Source: an uncultured virus (IMG/VR IMGVR_UViG_3300032299_001035)
Taxonomy: Duplodnaviria > Heunggongvirae > Uroviricota > Caudoviricetes
DNA length: 64,000 nucleotides
IMG/VR virus record: IMGVR_UViG_3300032299_001035
Reading direction: 5' to 3' (one strand)
A program made the position numbers and the translations under genes. Below the pieces are notes generated by a model that ran no database searches, was not told where the DNA came from, and saw only the letters and a list, made by a program, of their open reading frames with translations. Shown here piece by piece: positions 1 to 10,618 of this stretch. Position 1 is the stretch's first letter, and every line of letters begins with the position of its first letter.

Positions 1-1
1 A

Positions 2-3000
2 TTATTTCCTTCTGGTAATACAGCTAGTAAAGTGGAAGGTCATACTACTTTAGAAGAATTTAAAAAACAAAAAGAAAATAGGATTGCTAAACTTGAAGAA
101 GATTTAAATTATATTGATCAAGAGTTAATATATGCAGTAGGGGATCCTGTAAATGCAGAATTAACTCATCCTAGTAACTTTTCTAATACATTTAAAAATA
201 AATCTGAAGCTTTAATTTTTTTAAATTCTAATGAATTAGCTATAAAAAATAAATGGAAATTAATAGATTTATCAACTAATATTAATAATAGAGTTAAACC
301 TATAAATGATGAAATAACACAACTTAAAGAAGAACTTAAAAGAGTTGATGAAGAAGGATTTGCTGCTTTAAAACCTATCTATAATTTTTATGAAAACACT
401 GTAAAAAATGTTCTTAATAAACAATACGGTAAAAAAAATGTTAAAGAAGTTACAGATGAATATGGTAATACATGGAATGAAGTAACATTAACAGAAAAAA
501 ATAAAGAAGAAATATATCTTCAAAAAGAAGCAAAATCTAAAGAAAAAGCAGACAAAGAATTAAATAATTTAATCTTAAACTTCTTAGAAAAATTAGGAAT
601 ATCTGTTAACAGTGTTAATGATATAAGAGATGCTAATGGAAATGTTATAGATGCTGTAGCTAAAGCAGATATGTTAAATAAAATAATTGACATTGTAGAA
701 GGTAAAGCAGATATAACTACATTACCAGAAGAAGCAGCCCATTTTTTTGTAGAAATGCTTGGTGAAAATAATGAGTTATTAAAACAAATGATGTCTAAAA
801 TAACAAGTTATAAAATATATCAAGAAACTGTAGAACAATATAGAAATAATGCTCAATATAGAAATAAAGATGGTAGCCTTAATATTAATAAATTAAAAAA
901 AGAAGCTATTGGTAAACTTATTTCACAACATATTGTAAAAAATGCTTCAAATGAAACAAATGCTAATCTTAAAACATTTGATAGCTGGTGGTCTAAACTT
1001 TGGAATTTAATTAAAAATATTTTTAATAAATCACAAACAGATCCTTTTAAAACAGCAGCTGAAAAAATATTAAAAGCAGATGTTTCAGAATTATCTGAAG
1101 CTAATATGAATGAAACAGGTGAGTATTATCAACTATCTGGTGTAGATAAATTAAAACAACATCAAAAAGATATAACTTTAGATAACAGTATTGATCCAAA
1201 AACAGGTCAAAAAAGACATGTGTATACCCTTAATGGTAAAGATATAAAGTTTTCTGTAACTTCTAAATATGTAGATGCTTGGTTAAAACGTAAATATCCA
1301 AATGATAATAGAAATGAAACACAAAAAAAATTAGATCTTGTTAAAGCAGAATATGGAGATATTATCCATGAAATGATGGAAGATATAATTGATAGTTATG
1401 TAGACCCCGAAACTAATTTAGTTAGACCTTTACCTATTGAATCTGAAAATAAAAATTCTACAAGTGTTCCGTACAAAATGTTAGAAAAGTATATTGTTGA
1501 TTTAATTGGTGAATACAATAAACCTGGAACAAAGTTTATGAGAGAGGTTAAAATTTATGATCCTATTAAAGATGTAGCAGGTAGTATAGATTTATTAATA
1601 ATTACTCCAGAAGGTGAAGCAAGTATATATGACTGGAAAAGTCAGGAAATTGCTAAAGATCAAACTGAATTAAAACCATATAAAGAAATAATGGCCCGTA
1701 TACAGTTACAAGAATATAAAAAAATTCTTGAAGCACATTATGATATTAAAAGTTTTAATTTAGTAAGAGCTATTCCTATAAAAACTTCTTTTAAATATAA
1801 AGGATCAGGTAATTCTAGAGTTATTGATAGTCTTATTAATTTAGAAATAGGAAGTTTTGATCCATCATTAATACCAGATACAAAAAATTATTTGTTACCA
1901 ATTACATTAAGAGATGAAAAAACTGATGATAAAGAACTTTCATCATATATAAGAAAGTTAAATAGTGTAATGGATATACTTGAAAACAAAAAGTATAAAA
2001 CAGATGAAGAACGTAAACGTAAAAAAATTGAACTTACTAAATATAAAAATGCTGTAAGAGATTTACAATTAAGAGGTGATGTTAGAAAATTTATTGAATT
2101 AGGAAACTTTGAAATTAATAAATATAAAAAAATGATTTCTGATAATGCCATTTTACCAAAAGATGCTTTAGAATCATTAGAAATATTAGAATTATTTACT
2201 AATACTACAAATGTATTTAATCTTTACATGAACAAACTTGAAAGAGCTAAGAAAGAAAGTAATGATAAAAATGTAAAAGATGCAATTGATGAGATAATAA
2301 ATAATTACAATAAAATGAATAGTACTGCTGATATTGTTTTAAATGATATGAAAGATGCTGTTAGACAAATAGCTTCTGATTTTGCTAAACAAAAAACAGG
2401 TATTACTGATTTATTAGAAGCTGAAACTGATATTGATTCAGCATCCAGTTTATTTAGTTCATTAAGTACAATAGATAAAAAATCATTTAAAGTATTTAGT
2501 AGAATGTTAGGTGATGCTCAAAATAAAAGAGATAATTTATTTAACAAAGATTTTGAAGAACTACTTGCATTAAAAAAAGAATATACAGAATGGGCTAAAT
2601 CTAAAGGACTATCTGACAAAGATTTGTTTAAACCATTATTAAATTATAATGATAAAAATGAATGGACAGGTACTTTTGTAAAAAAATATCAATCAGAATT
2701 TTATGATAAAATGAAAGAAGCAATTCAATCAGATAATGTAAAATGGTTAATTGATAATACTGAATTTGATCAAGAAAAATTTGAAAAAAGTAAAAAAAGA
2801 CAAAAAGAATTTTATGATTCTATTGTATATGATTCAAAAGATGAAAATAATAATAAAAAATTACAAAAACAAGTTTATGAAACATGGTTACTTAATCATG
2901 ATGTAAATATTGGTGGTTTAAATAAAAATAAACAAGCTTATTTAAATATGGATAATTACAACGGTAAAAAAACACTTAATTCATATTTAAAACCTAAAAA

Positions 3001-5059
3001 AGAATGGTATACTAAACAGTGGAAAGAATTATCTTCTACTCCTGTAGCATTAAAAACATATGAATATTTTCAAAAATTATTAAAAAGATCTGCTGAAGCA
3101 GGTGTAATTGATGAATATTCTCCTGCATTTATTCCTAATATATTTAGAAATAAAATAGAACAATTTGTATTTGGTGGAGATACATTATCTAAAAAAGGAT
3201 TTTTTGAAAGTTTTGAAGTAGAATCTGGTGAATCACCTTTTGCTCCACAAATTAATCCTATTACAGGTGAAATAGAACATTCAATTCCTACACATTATAT
3301 TAGAGATATTGGTGTTCTAAAAGAAGATGGATCATTAGATTATTCTCAAAAAAGTATGGACTTATTTAGAATTTTTGGAATATGGTCTGCTCAACTTGCA
3401 AATTATGAAGCTATGTCTGAAATAGAAGACCAGGCAAAAATATTATTGTTTGCTGAAAAAACTAAACAGCATATAGAAACTGATACTTTTAATAACCCTG
3501 TTTTTGAAGGAGGTGTTTTAAAAGAAATTCCAGGAAATAAAATTAATTCAGATTTACTTGAAACTTTTATGAATTTTTATTTTTATAATAAAAAAAGTGG
3601 TAAAATTGAAGATAAAAAATTAAAAATAAAAGATAAAGAATATTCTGGTACTAAAGCATTAAGCTGGTTAGTAAGATTCTTTTCATTAAAAACATTAGCT
3701 TTTAATCCATTATCAGGAACTGCTAACTTTGTTGGAGGTACAGGTAATGCTTTTTTCCAATCTAGTAAAGGTATATTATTTAATACAGGTGATTGGGCTT
3801 CATCTATTTATGATCTTACAAAAAGAGATGAAATTGCATGGGGTTTATTAAATATATCAGATGTATTAATTGAAGATGAAAAAGATTCTAAATTAAATAA
3901 ATTATCTGTATCTAGAGTAATTAATGCTAATACTATAGATAAAGCATTTGTTTTTATGAGAGGATCAGATAGAGCTGTACAATATCCTGTAGCAATTGCA
4001 TTAATGAAAAATAATATGATTGATGAAAAAGGTAATATTGTTGATATTCAAACATATGTAAAAGCTAAATATAATTACAATGAAGAATATTATAAAATTG
4101 AAGATGTATCATTAAGAAATTCAATCAGAAAGAAAATTGAAGATGAAGTTACTCAATTAAAAAATACTAAATCAATTTATAAAACTGCTAAAATTGTAAA
4201 TGATAAAATTGAAATTCCAGGTGTTGATTTAAATAGTGAAGCTTGGGGTAGATTTAGATTAAAAATAAAAAAAGTTAATAAAAATGTATTAGGTAACTCT
4301 AGTAGGGATGATATTAACAAAATTAAAACTAACATGATAGGTAGCATGGCTATGCAGTTTAGATCATGGATGCCACAAATGGTACAAGATAGATTTGGTA
4401 AATTAAAGTATGATCAAGATTTAGAAGTTCATACTATGGGTAGATTTAATTTATGGGTAACTGAATTATTTAGTAAAAGAGCTATTTCATTATTGTCTGG
4501 TATAGTTAGTTCTAGTGGTAACAGTATGATACAAGCTGCTAGAGAAAAATATCTTATATTAAAAGCTGAAGCAATAAGTAAAGGAGAAAAATTTACTATA
4601 ACAGAAGGTGAATTTGTAGATTTATATATTGGTAATATACGTGCTATGTATAGGGAATTTTTAACAATACTTGGAATTGGAGCATTAATGTTTACAGCTT
4701 TAAGTGGAGATGATGATGATGAAGAAAACAATGGGTGGAGAACTTATGCAGGTAGAGCTATGAGAAAATATTTTGATGAATTTTCTTTCTTTTTTATTCC
4801 TTCATCATGGACTAACTTAATAAATGCACCTTTACCTATAACCGGTTTGGCAGAAGATTTTGGTAAATTTATTGGTGCTACATTTGAACAAACTTATGGA
4901 TTTATATTAAATGATGAAGATATATTAGAAGATGCAAAACCAGCTAAATATTTAGCTAAAATGGCACCTATATTTAAAGAAGGGATTCAAATGAGAGCAA
5001 TTTTTGATGATGAATTTAGAAAAGATTGGGATATAAGATTTAATGCTAGTAACAGATAA
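2..5059 (+). CDS. Giant virion-associated polyvalent protein, 5'-truncated by the window edge; zincin-like (EExxH) domain, PD-(D/E)xK nuclease domain, long helical C-terminus
   Basis: Frame open from base 2 (LFPSGNTASKVEGH...), so the GTG at 32 is internal; motifs TLPEEAAHFFVEML...EAIGKLI and VAGSIDLLII...IYDWKS; position at the end of the structural strand as in crAss-like phages. Confidence 0.75.
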   Translation, partial: LFPSGNTASKVEGHTTLEEFKKQKENRIAKLEEDLNYIDQELIYAVGDPVNAELTHPSNFSNTFKNKSEALIFLNSNELAIKNKWKLIDLSTNINNRVKPINDEITQLKEELKRVDEEGFAALKPIYNFYENTVKNVLNKQYGKKNVKEVTDEYGNTWNEVTLTEKNKEEIYLQKEAKSKEKADKELNNLILNFLEKLGISVNSVNDIRDANGNVIDAVAKADMLNKIIDIVEGKADITTLPEEAAHFFVEMLGENNELLKQMMSKITSYKIYQETVEQYRNNAQYRNKDGSLNINKLKKEAIGKLISQHIVKNASNETNANLKTFDSWWSKLWNLIKNIFNKSQTDPFKTAAEKILKADVSELSEANMNETGEYYQLSGVDKLKQHQKDITLDNSIDPKTGQKRHVYTLNGKDIKFSVTSKYVDAWLKRKYPNDNRNETQKKLDLVKAEYGDIIHEMMEDIIDSYVDPETNLVRPLPIESENKNSTSVPYKMLEKYIVDLIGEYNKPGTKFMREVKIYDPIKDVAGSIDLLIITPEGEASIYDWKSQEIAKDQTELKPYKEIMARIQLQEYKKILEAHYDIKSFNLVRAIPIKTSFKYKGSGNSRVIDSLINLEIGSFDPSLIPDTKNYLLPITLRDEKTDDKELSSYIRKLNSVMDILENKKYKTDEERKRKKIELTKYKNAVRDLQLRGDVRKFIELGNFEINKYKKMISDNAILPKDALESLEILELFTNTTNVFNLYMNKLERAKKESNDKNVKDAIDEIINNYNKMNSTADIVLNDMKDAVRQIASDFAKQKTGITDLLEAETDIDSASSLFSSLSTIDKKSFKVFSRMLGDAQNKRDNLFNKDFEELLALKKEYTEWAKSKGLSDKDLFKPLLNYNDKNEWTGTFVKKYQSEFYDKMKEAIQSDNVKWLIDNTEFDQEKFEKSKKRQKEFYDSIVYDSKDENNNKKLQKQVYETWLLNHDVNIGGLNKNKQAYLNMDNYNGKKTLNSYLKPKKEWYTKQWKELSSTPVALKTYEYFQKLLKRSAEAGVIDEYSPAFIPNIFRNKIEQFVFGGDTLSKKGFFESFEVESGESPFAPQINPITGEIEHSIPTHYIRDIGVLKEDGSLDYSQKSMDLFRIFGIWSAQLANYEAMSEIEDQAKILLFAEKTKQHIETDTFNNPVFEGGVLKEIPGNKINSDLLETFMNFYFYNKKSGKIEDKKLKIKDKEYSGTKALSWLVRFFSLKTLAFNPLSGTANFVGGTGNAFFQSSKGILFNTGDWASSIYDLTKRDEIAWGLLNISDVLIEDEKDSKLNKLSVSRVINANTIDKAFVFMRGSDRAVQYPVAIALMKNNMIDEKGNIVDIQTYVKAKYNYNEEYYKIEDVSLRNSIRKKIEDEVTQLKNTKSIYKTAKIVNDKIEIPGVDLNSEAWGRFRLKIKKVNKNVLGNSSRDDINKIKTNMIGSMAMQFRSWMPQMVQDRFGKLKYDQDLEVHTMGRFNLWVTELFSKRAISLLSGIVSSSGNSMIQAAREKYLILKAEAISKGEKFTITEGEFVDLYIGNIRAMYREFLTILGIGALMFTALSGDDDDEENNGWRTYAGRAMRKYFDEFSFFFIPSSWTNLINAPLPITGLAEDFGKFIGATFEQTYGFILNDEDILEDAKPAKYLAKMAPIFKEGIQMRAIFDDEFRKDWDIRFNASNR

Positions 5060-5060
5060 T

Positions 5061-5091
5061 AAAAAAAGAGAGTTATTCACTCTCTTTTTTT
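5061..5091. terminator. Bidirectional intrinsic terminator between convergent blocks
   Basis: aaaaaagagag-ttattca-ctctctttttt hairpin with A and T tails. Confidence 0.8.
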
Positions 5092-5395
5092 ACTAATGCT
5101 AAATTAAGATACATAAATAATAATCCTAATTCAATAACATATACATCTTCTTCTCTTGAATATCTATAGGTAAAACCTAAAGATAATTTATCTGCATCAA
5201 ATAGTACGATTGAAAACATCCAGTTCATAATTTTTTTATTTTAATTGTTATTTATAATTGTTTAATTCTTTTAACTAATGCTTGTTTATCTAAAAATAAA
5301 CCTAAGCTTTTTAGTTTTTTTCTAATTTTATAGAAATTATATTTTTTATATCTTATATATGTTTCTATTTTTTTTGTTATAAAATCATTCATATT

Positions 5396-5593
5396 TTATT
5401 GTTTTTTAATATTAAAAGTTGCGTTATGAAATATTTTAATTTGATCAGATGTGTAATGTCTTACATGACCACCGTCACATAAGACAACACACCAAACATC
5501 ATTTTCTAGCATTCCTGAATCAGATACATATAAAGCATAACCATCTTTATTATCTTCTACTACAACAGGTATTGGTTTTGAAAATTCTAACAT
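5396..5593 (-). CDS. Small hypothetical phage protein
   Basis: 65-aa ORF tightly packed in the minus-strand operon. Confidence 0.7.
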   Translation of the reverse strand: MLEFSKPIPVVVEDNKDGYALYVSDSGMLENDVWCVVLCDGGHVRHYTSDQIKIFHNATFNIKKQ

Positions 5594-5594
5594 T

Positions 5595-6335
5595 TTATTT
5601 ATTTAAATTAATATGAAGTATTATTCCTTCTACTTTATCTCTTAAATCTTCTATTGTACCATCATTTACTATTTCATAATCAAATTCTGCATCATCTAAA
5701 GCTGTTTCACTTGGATGCAAATCTAAAGGTATATCTTTATCATTTGGTCTAATTACTTTAATAGTAATTCCTCCATTAGCTTTTATAGCTTGCATTTCAT
5801 TAGGAAACCTCATGTCTGTAATTATCCAGTTAGATTTATTTTTAATCATTACTGATGCATGATTAAAACTATTACAATTAGGACATACTTTTTTATTATT
5901 TTTAAATTCATTAAAATTAAAAAAATGGTTACAATTTAAACAAGTTCTATGTTTTTGTTGAATATAATCAGCAAACAAAGCATTTACCCATACATCTTGA
6001 TGTAAGTTATTTCTCATAGCTTCTGTACCAATTATTTGTAACATTTTTCTTACAGTCATTGGTTTAACAATGCTCTTGTTATAAGCATTGTTATTTTTAT
6101 CCAATGATGTTTTGTTTTCAAATACTTCTTTATTCCAATGAGTGTCAAGAAATGTATTTTTAAAATCTTGATCTTCAAATTTTTCTGTAGGTATACCTGT
6201 TAATAAAGTGGCTACTTCTTTAACTTTAGTAGCAAACTTTTTAATTTTCCAATTGTTTTCACAATTTATATCTTTTATTAAATTTCCTACAGTGTCTTTT
6301 CCAACACCTATTTTACCATTTATGCCAATTATCAT
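5595..6335 (-). CDS. Deoxynucleoside monophosphate kinase with CxxC..CxxC insertion
   Basis: N-terminal P-loop GINGKIGVGKDT; R.MLQ.IGTE; IITDMRFPNE; HPSETALD; VNDGT. Confidence 0.85.
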   Translation of the reverse strand: MIIGINGKIGVGKDTVGNLIKDINCENNWKIKKFATKVKEVATLLTGIPTEKFEDQDFKNTFLDTHWNKEVFENKTSLDKNNNAYNKSIVKPMTVRKMLQIIGTEAMRNNLHQDVWVNALFADYIQQKHRTCLNCNHFFNFNEFKNNKKVCPNCNSFNHASVMIKNKSNWIITDMRFPNEMQAIKANGGITIKVIRPNDKDIPLDLHPSETALDDAEFDYEIVNDGTIEDLRDKVEGIILHINLNK

Positions 6336-6336
6336 A

Positions 6337-6666
6337 TTATATATTTTTTTTATTTAATAAATCTTCTGCAACTTTTTCAAGTTCTAATCTTTCTTTATCT
6401 TTCATCATAACCATCATTTGTAATACATTATTAATTGCTAAGGTATTCCAATTATTTAATATTTCATCATTAATTATTTTAGAATTTTTTGGACCTGCTA
6501 CAATATTAATATCTTTTGTTATAGATTGTATCTTTTTTAATTCAAAATTTAAAAATTTTTTATTGTTCATTATAGGTTTTGTTTCTATAATAAATTGATC
6601 TAAATATTTTTCAGCTATTGATAATGATGTTAATACAGTTTTTATACAAAGTGTTGCGTTATCCAT
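6337..6666 (-). CDS. Hypothetical protein
   Basis: 109-aa ORF in operon. Confidence 0.7.
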   Translation of the reverse strand: MDNATLCIKTVLTSLSIAEKYLDQFIIETKPIMNNKKFLNFELKKIQSITKDINIVAGPKNSKIINDEILNNWNTLAINNVLQMMVMMKDKERLELEKVAEDLLNKKNI

Positions 6667-6961
6667 TGTTATTATTATATTTTTTTATAAATTCAATACA
6701 AGCATTGTAAGTAGGTTGTATATAAGGAATATTATCTGCAATTTCATTATATTTTTCTAAATCATCATTTTTTGCACAAATGTTTAAAATAGTTTCTATT
6801 ACTTCCATTAACCAATTCCAATCTGAATGGAATTTTAAATCATCAAAAGTATTATCTTTTTCAACATTTATTAAATGTTCTTCATTGTCAAACCAACCTA
6901 AATTAGTTAATTGAAAACCTAAAAATTCTGCTATTAATTTATTGTTTTCTATGTTATTCAT
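6659..6961 (-). CDS. Conserved-looking small phage protein (FHSDWNWLM motif)
   Basis: NNKLIAEFLG...FHSDWNWLMEVIE motif typical of Bacteroidota phage ORFs. Confidence 0.7.
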   Translation of the reverse strand: MNNIENNKLIAEFLGFQLTNLGWFDNEEHLINVEKDNTFDDLKFHSDWNWLMEVIETILNICAKNDDLEKYNEIADNIPYIQPTYNACIEFIKKYNNNNG

Positions 6962-6963
6962 TT

Positions 6964-7314
6964 TTATTTTTTTGTTTTTGGTGGTGGAATATGTCCTGAT
7001 TCAAATGATAATGAATCAGATTTCCATTTTTTAATATCAAAATTTTTTAAAAAATTCTTTCTATCTATATCTTTTTGTGTTTCCTGTTTTTGTTTATAAT
7101 TATTTTCACTAGTCATAGAAGTTAAATGGTATCCTTTACAATAGATACAAAAATAACTTCTAGACTGTGAAATTTTGTCTTTAGTCTTTTTATTATTTCT
7201 AAATATTTTGTTATTTTGACTTTTAATTAACTTTAAGACTTCTATTGCATTATCTGCATTTTGCTTATCAACAAATATAACTTTCCCTGTGGATGAACAT
7301 TTGTCTTTTTTCAT
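6964..7314 (-). CDS. Zn-finger-like hypothetical protein
   Basis: C..TGK and RSYFCIYCKGYHLTS motifs. Confidence 0.65.
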   Translation of the reverse strand: MKKDKCSSTGKVIFVDKQNADNAIEVLKLIKSQNNKIFRNNKKTKDKISQSRSYFCIYCKGYHLTSMTSENNYKQKQETQKDIDRKNFLKNFDIKKWKSDSLSFESGHIPPPKTKK

Positions 7315-7325
7315 TTTTATTTTAT

Positions 7326-9257
7326 TTAAAATAATGTTCCTTGTACATAACCATGTTTATTAATTAAACTAATAGTTTCTATTTCTTTATATATTCTTTC
7401 TAAATAATAATCATAATTAATATCTAGATTGTTAATATCTAAATCTATTGTACTCATGTTATTACAAAGAGTTTGTCTCCATTTACCTGCTTCAGTTTGT
7501 ATTTCTCTACCATCTGGATTATATTTTATAATTTTATGACCAGTTTTTGATATGTAATACCTATTTAATTTTTGAAGTTTTGTATCTTTAATTACACTTT
7601 CATTATTATCATTTTGAACTATTTCTGTAAGTTTAAAATTCCAATCACCTTTAGCTTTTACAGCCCCACAATAATCATAAATATTAGTGTTTTTACTAAG
7701 ATAGTCTTCAGGTTTAACTCCATTTACATAAAATTCATATATAGCTTTTGGTATAACAAGAAAACTTTTGTTTTTATGAAGAGCTAGATTGTTAAACTCA
7801 AATAAACCTTTACATTTAGTCTTACCATTTTTATGTACAGCTATGTAATTATTTACGTCTTTAATTATCATTTTAGAATATTCATCATGTTCTAGTTGTA
7901 AATTAGTCATTGATTCCCATTCTTTACAAACTTCTAAGTATAATTCTTTTTTACTTTCTGGAATAATCATTTCTAAACCATCTGTATTTTGCATTAAAGG
8001 TACAGCTTCTGGTATAGCTAAACATAACATTTCATAAAGTTTAGATAACCATAATTGCCCATTAACAGTAATACACATAGTAAAAAAGCTATCATACAGA
8101 AAACTATTAGCATCATTACTTAAACCATAAGTTGAATTTAAAATAATCTTATACACATAATTTTTAGGATCAGACTTTGGAATTAATTTTCTTTCCTCAA
8201 AAAACCACTCATATTGTTCTAAGAATTCTTTGGCCGGCAAGTGTGCAGGAGAAAATCCATTTTTAATAGCTAAGTTTGGATAATAACTAGTTACATCAGA
8301 AGTCATAATTGTATATCCTGGTTCTGCTTTATATACACCTGGATCTTTTGCACCATGTAAACCACCTAAACCATAATATGTATCAACACCTTTATAAGAT
8401 AGTTTATAATCTAATGAACCTTTAGTTTCAACAATAACCTTACTATTAAAATAATCTAATACACTTTTAAATGTATCTGTTTCAAATTGTATTTGAGGAA
8501 GTATACAGTCTTTAATAACTATTTCATTTCTAAAAGTTCTTAATTCCCTAAGCTCTTTCTTATCTATGTTTAACTTTTTAGTTAAGAAATAAGAAAATAA
8601 TTCTTTAGAAATTCTAGGTTCTGATGCACTATATAAATCTATATCATATTCTTTAGTAAGATTTTGTCTAAGAGCTATTTGTTCTTTTGAAAGCTTCATT
8701 ATTTCTTTAGTAGATTCAACATCATTTAGACAATATTCTATTATCATTACTATTTCTTCTAAAGTGATAATTTCTGTATTATGATGTATAGGCATCTCCA
8801 ATACATTCTTCCAATCCATACTATACTGAATCCATTTTAATGAACTTAGTTTTGCCATATTATCCCAATGGTTTAATTTAAACAAATCAATTTGTTTAAT
8901 TTTCATTTTCCAGGATGGATAATCTGAAAATACTTTTTTGTTTTGATTATTGATTAATTTTTGAGCATAGGCATATATTAATTTTGCAATTTCATCACCT
9001 GTTAAATTTAAAAATTTTGCTTTATTATCAATAATATAATGTGTAATTTGAGAATCAAAAGCTAATCCATTAAAAGATATGTGCCATTCATTATTATTAA
9101 TGTTATCATCTAAAAACATTAATAATGATTTTATATCATTCTTTAATGTATGTACTACAAATATTTTTGTTTCATCTGTTTTATAATGTATAAAACAAGC
9201 TACAAAACAATTGGATAGGGTCTCAAAATCCATAACCCAGTGGTTCTTTTCTACCAT
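7326..9257 (-). CDS. polB: DNA polymerase, family B
   Basis: Exo I DFET, Exo II FNGLAFD, Exo III YCLNDV; polymerase motifs SDVTSYYP, KIILNSTYG, QNTDG. Confidence 0.95.
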   Translation of the reverse strand: MVEKNHWVMDFETLSNCFVACFIHYKTDETKIFVVHTLKNDIKSLLMFLDDNINNNEWHISFNGLAFDSQITHYIIDNKAKFLNLTGDEIAKLIYAYAQKLINNQNKKVFSDYPSWKMKIKQIDLFKLNHWDNMAKLSSLKWIQYSMDWKNVLEMPIHHNTEIITLEEIVMIIEYCLNDVESTKEIMKLSKEQIALRQNLTKEYDIDLYSASEPRISKELFSYFLTKKLNIDKKELRELRTFRNEIVIKDCILPQIQFETDTFKSVLDYFNSKVIVETKGSLDYKLSYKGVDTYYGLGGLHGAKDPGVYKAEPGYTIMTSDVTSYYPNLAIKNGFSPAHLPAKEFLEQYEWFFEERKLIPKSDPKNYVYKIILNSTYGLSNDANSFLYDSFFTMCITVNGQLWLSKLYEMLCLAIPEAVPLMQNTDGLEMIIPESKKELYLEVCKEWESMTNLQLEHDEYSKMIIKDVNNYIAVHKNGKTKCKGLFEFNNLALHKNKSFLVIPKAIYEFYVNGVKPEDYLSKNTNIYDYCGAVKAKGDWNFKLTEIVQNDNNESVIKDTKLQKLNRYYISKTGHKIIKYNPDGREIQTEAGKWRQTLCNNMSTIDLDINNLDINYDYYLERIYKEIETISLINKHGYVQGTLF

Positions 9258-9272
9258 ATTTTTAATATTCAG

Positions 9273-9605
9273 TTAAGCTGTTTCCCCTTCTATAATTTCA
9301 AGTTCTGATTCTTCTATAAGTTTAGTTATATCCAAATCATTTAATTCCGTGCAGTTTTTTATAAGTTCTATTAATTTATTTAAATCATCAATATTAATTG
9401 CAAATCTAGATAGTCTAAATGTTTCATATGGACTACAAGATTCATCTAAAAATATTTCATATAAGGAAACACCTTGTATACCATTTTCTTGGTTTTTATG
9501 AAAGTAAACATGTGTTATTGTATACTCTTTATCTTTTACTATCCATTTAGATTTAGGTATTACACTAGGTTTATTTTCATCATTTATACATATACATTTA
9601 ATCAT
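9273..9605 (-). CDS. Hypothetical protein
   Basis: 110-aa ORF in operon. Confidence 0.7.
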   Translation of the reverse strand: MIKCICINDENKPSVIPKSKWIVKDKEYTITHVYFHKNQENGIQGVSLYEIFLDESCSPYETFRLSRFAINIDDLNKLIELIKNCTELNDLDITKLIEESELEIIEGETA

Positions 9606-9631
9606 AATATTATTTTTTAAAATTTAGAAAT

Positions 9632-9664
9632 AAAAAAAGATGTGTAAAATACACACCTTTTTTT
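9632..9664 (-). terminator. Intrinsic terminator-like hairpin
   Basis: aaaaaaagatgtgt-aaaat-acacacctttttt inverted repeat. Confidence 0.55.
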
Positions 9665-9685
9665 AAATCATAAGTAAAAAATTGG

Positions 9686-10033
9686 TTATTTTTTTACTTT
9701 ATCTACTAAATCTTTCCAATCAAAAGAATCTGCATTTATTGCAAAATTATTTATAAAATTATAAATATCTTCTTTTGATTCTAAATAATATTCATAGAAA
9801 TTTTCCATAAGTTTTCTTTCTTGTGTTTCTGTAGCTCTACCGGCATCATCTAATTTTGGAATCAATCTATAAGATTGTTTCTTTTCTTTACCTACAATTG
9901 CTAATACTTTATTTTCTGGGTCAAATAAGACCTCATTAAAAGGGCAATCAGTGGTTGTAGGTAACATTTTAATTGTTGGTATAAATTCAGACCCAACTGT
10001 CCAACCGCTTTTATATAAAATCATTGATTTCAT
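9686..10033 (-). CDS. Hypothetical replication-region protein
   Basis: 115-aa ORF. Confidence 0.7.
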   Translation of the reverse strand: MKSMILYKSGWTVGSEFIPTIKMLPTTTDCPFNEVLFDPENKVLAIVGKEKKQSYRLIPKLDDAGRATETQERKLMENFYEYYLESKEDIYNFINNFAINADSFDWKDLVDKVKK

Positions 10034-10060
10034 GTTCTATTTTTTTACAAAGTAAATACA

Positions 10061-10618
10061 TTATAGTGAAATTTCAAAATTTATTTCACTATCTTTTAAA
10101 GTTTCTTTATTTAAATCATATTTGTCACATAATTCTCCTACTTCTTTTAAAACATCCATATCAACATTTAATAAATTAGTATATAGATTTAAAAAGTCAG
10201 ATGGGTTTAAATAACTATTAAAATGATCAAGTTCATTTTTATATAGTGTATAATATTTTTTAATTATGCTTTTGCTGTCTTTACTAAACTTAGAATATTT
10301 TCCATTTAAAAAGTTAGTATAATCTTCTCTGTAGTCTTCTAAAGAAAATATGTAAATTGTTTCTTTTAATTCTTTATTTTCAAATTTATCTACTAAATAT
10401 CTTAATTTATCAATATATTTATTTTCATATATAAAAAAATCTTCTGAATCATTATGTTTTATTTTACATACAATATTAACATCTTCAAGACTAACTATAT
10501 TGTCTAAAACTAAATATGTTTCAATTTCAAAAGTTAATGCAAACTTAGGAAGCCCTAATAATGGAAATAAAAAGGCTTTTGATTTTTGAAAATATTTGCT
10601 GTATGCTTTAGTTATCAT
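10061..10618 (-). CDS. Hypothetical replication-region protein
   Basis: 185-aa ORF abutting the exonuclease gene. Confidence 0.75.
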   Translation of the reverse strand: MITKAYSKYFQKSKAFLFPLLGLPKFALTFEIETYLVLDNIVSLEDVNIVCKIKHNDSEDFFIYENKYIDKLRYLVDKFENKELKETIYIFSLEDYREDYTNFLNGKYSKFSKDSKSIIKKYYTLYKNELDHFNSYLNPSDFLNLYTNLLNVDMDVLKEVGELCDKYDLNKETLKDSEINFEISL

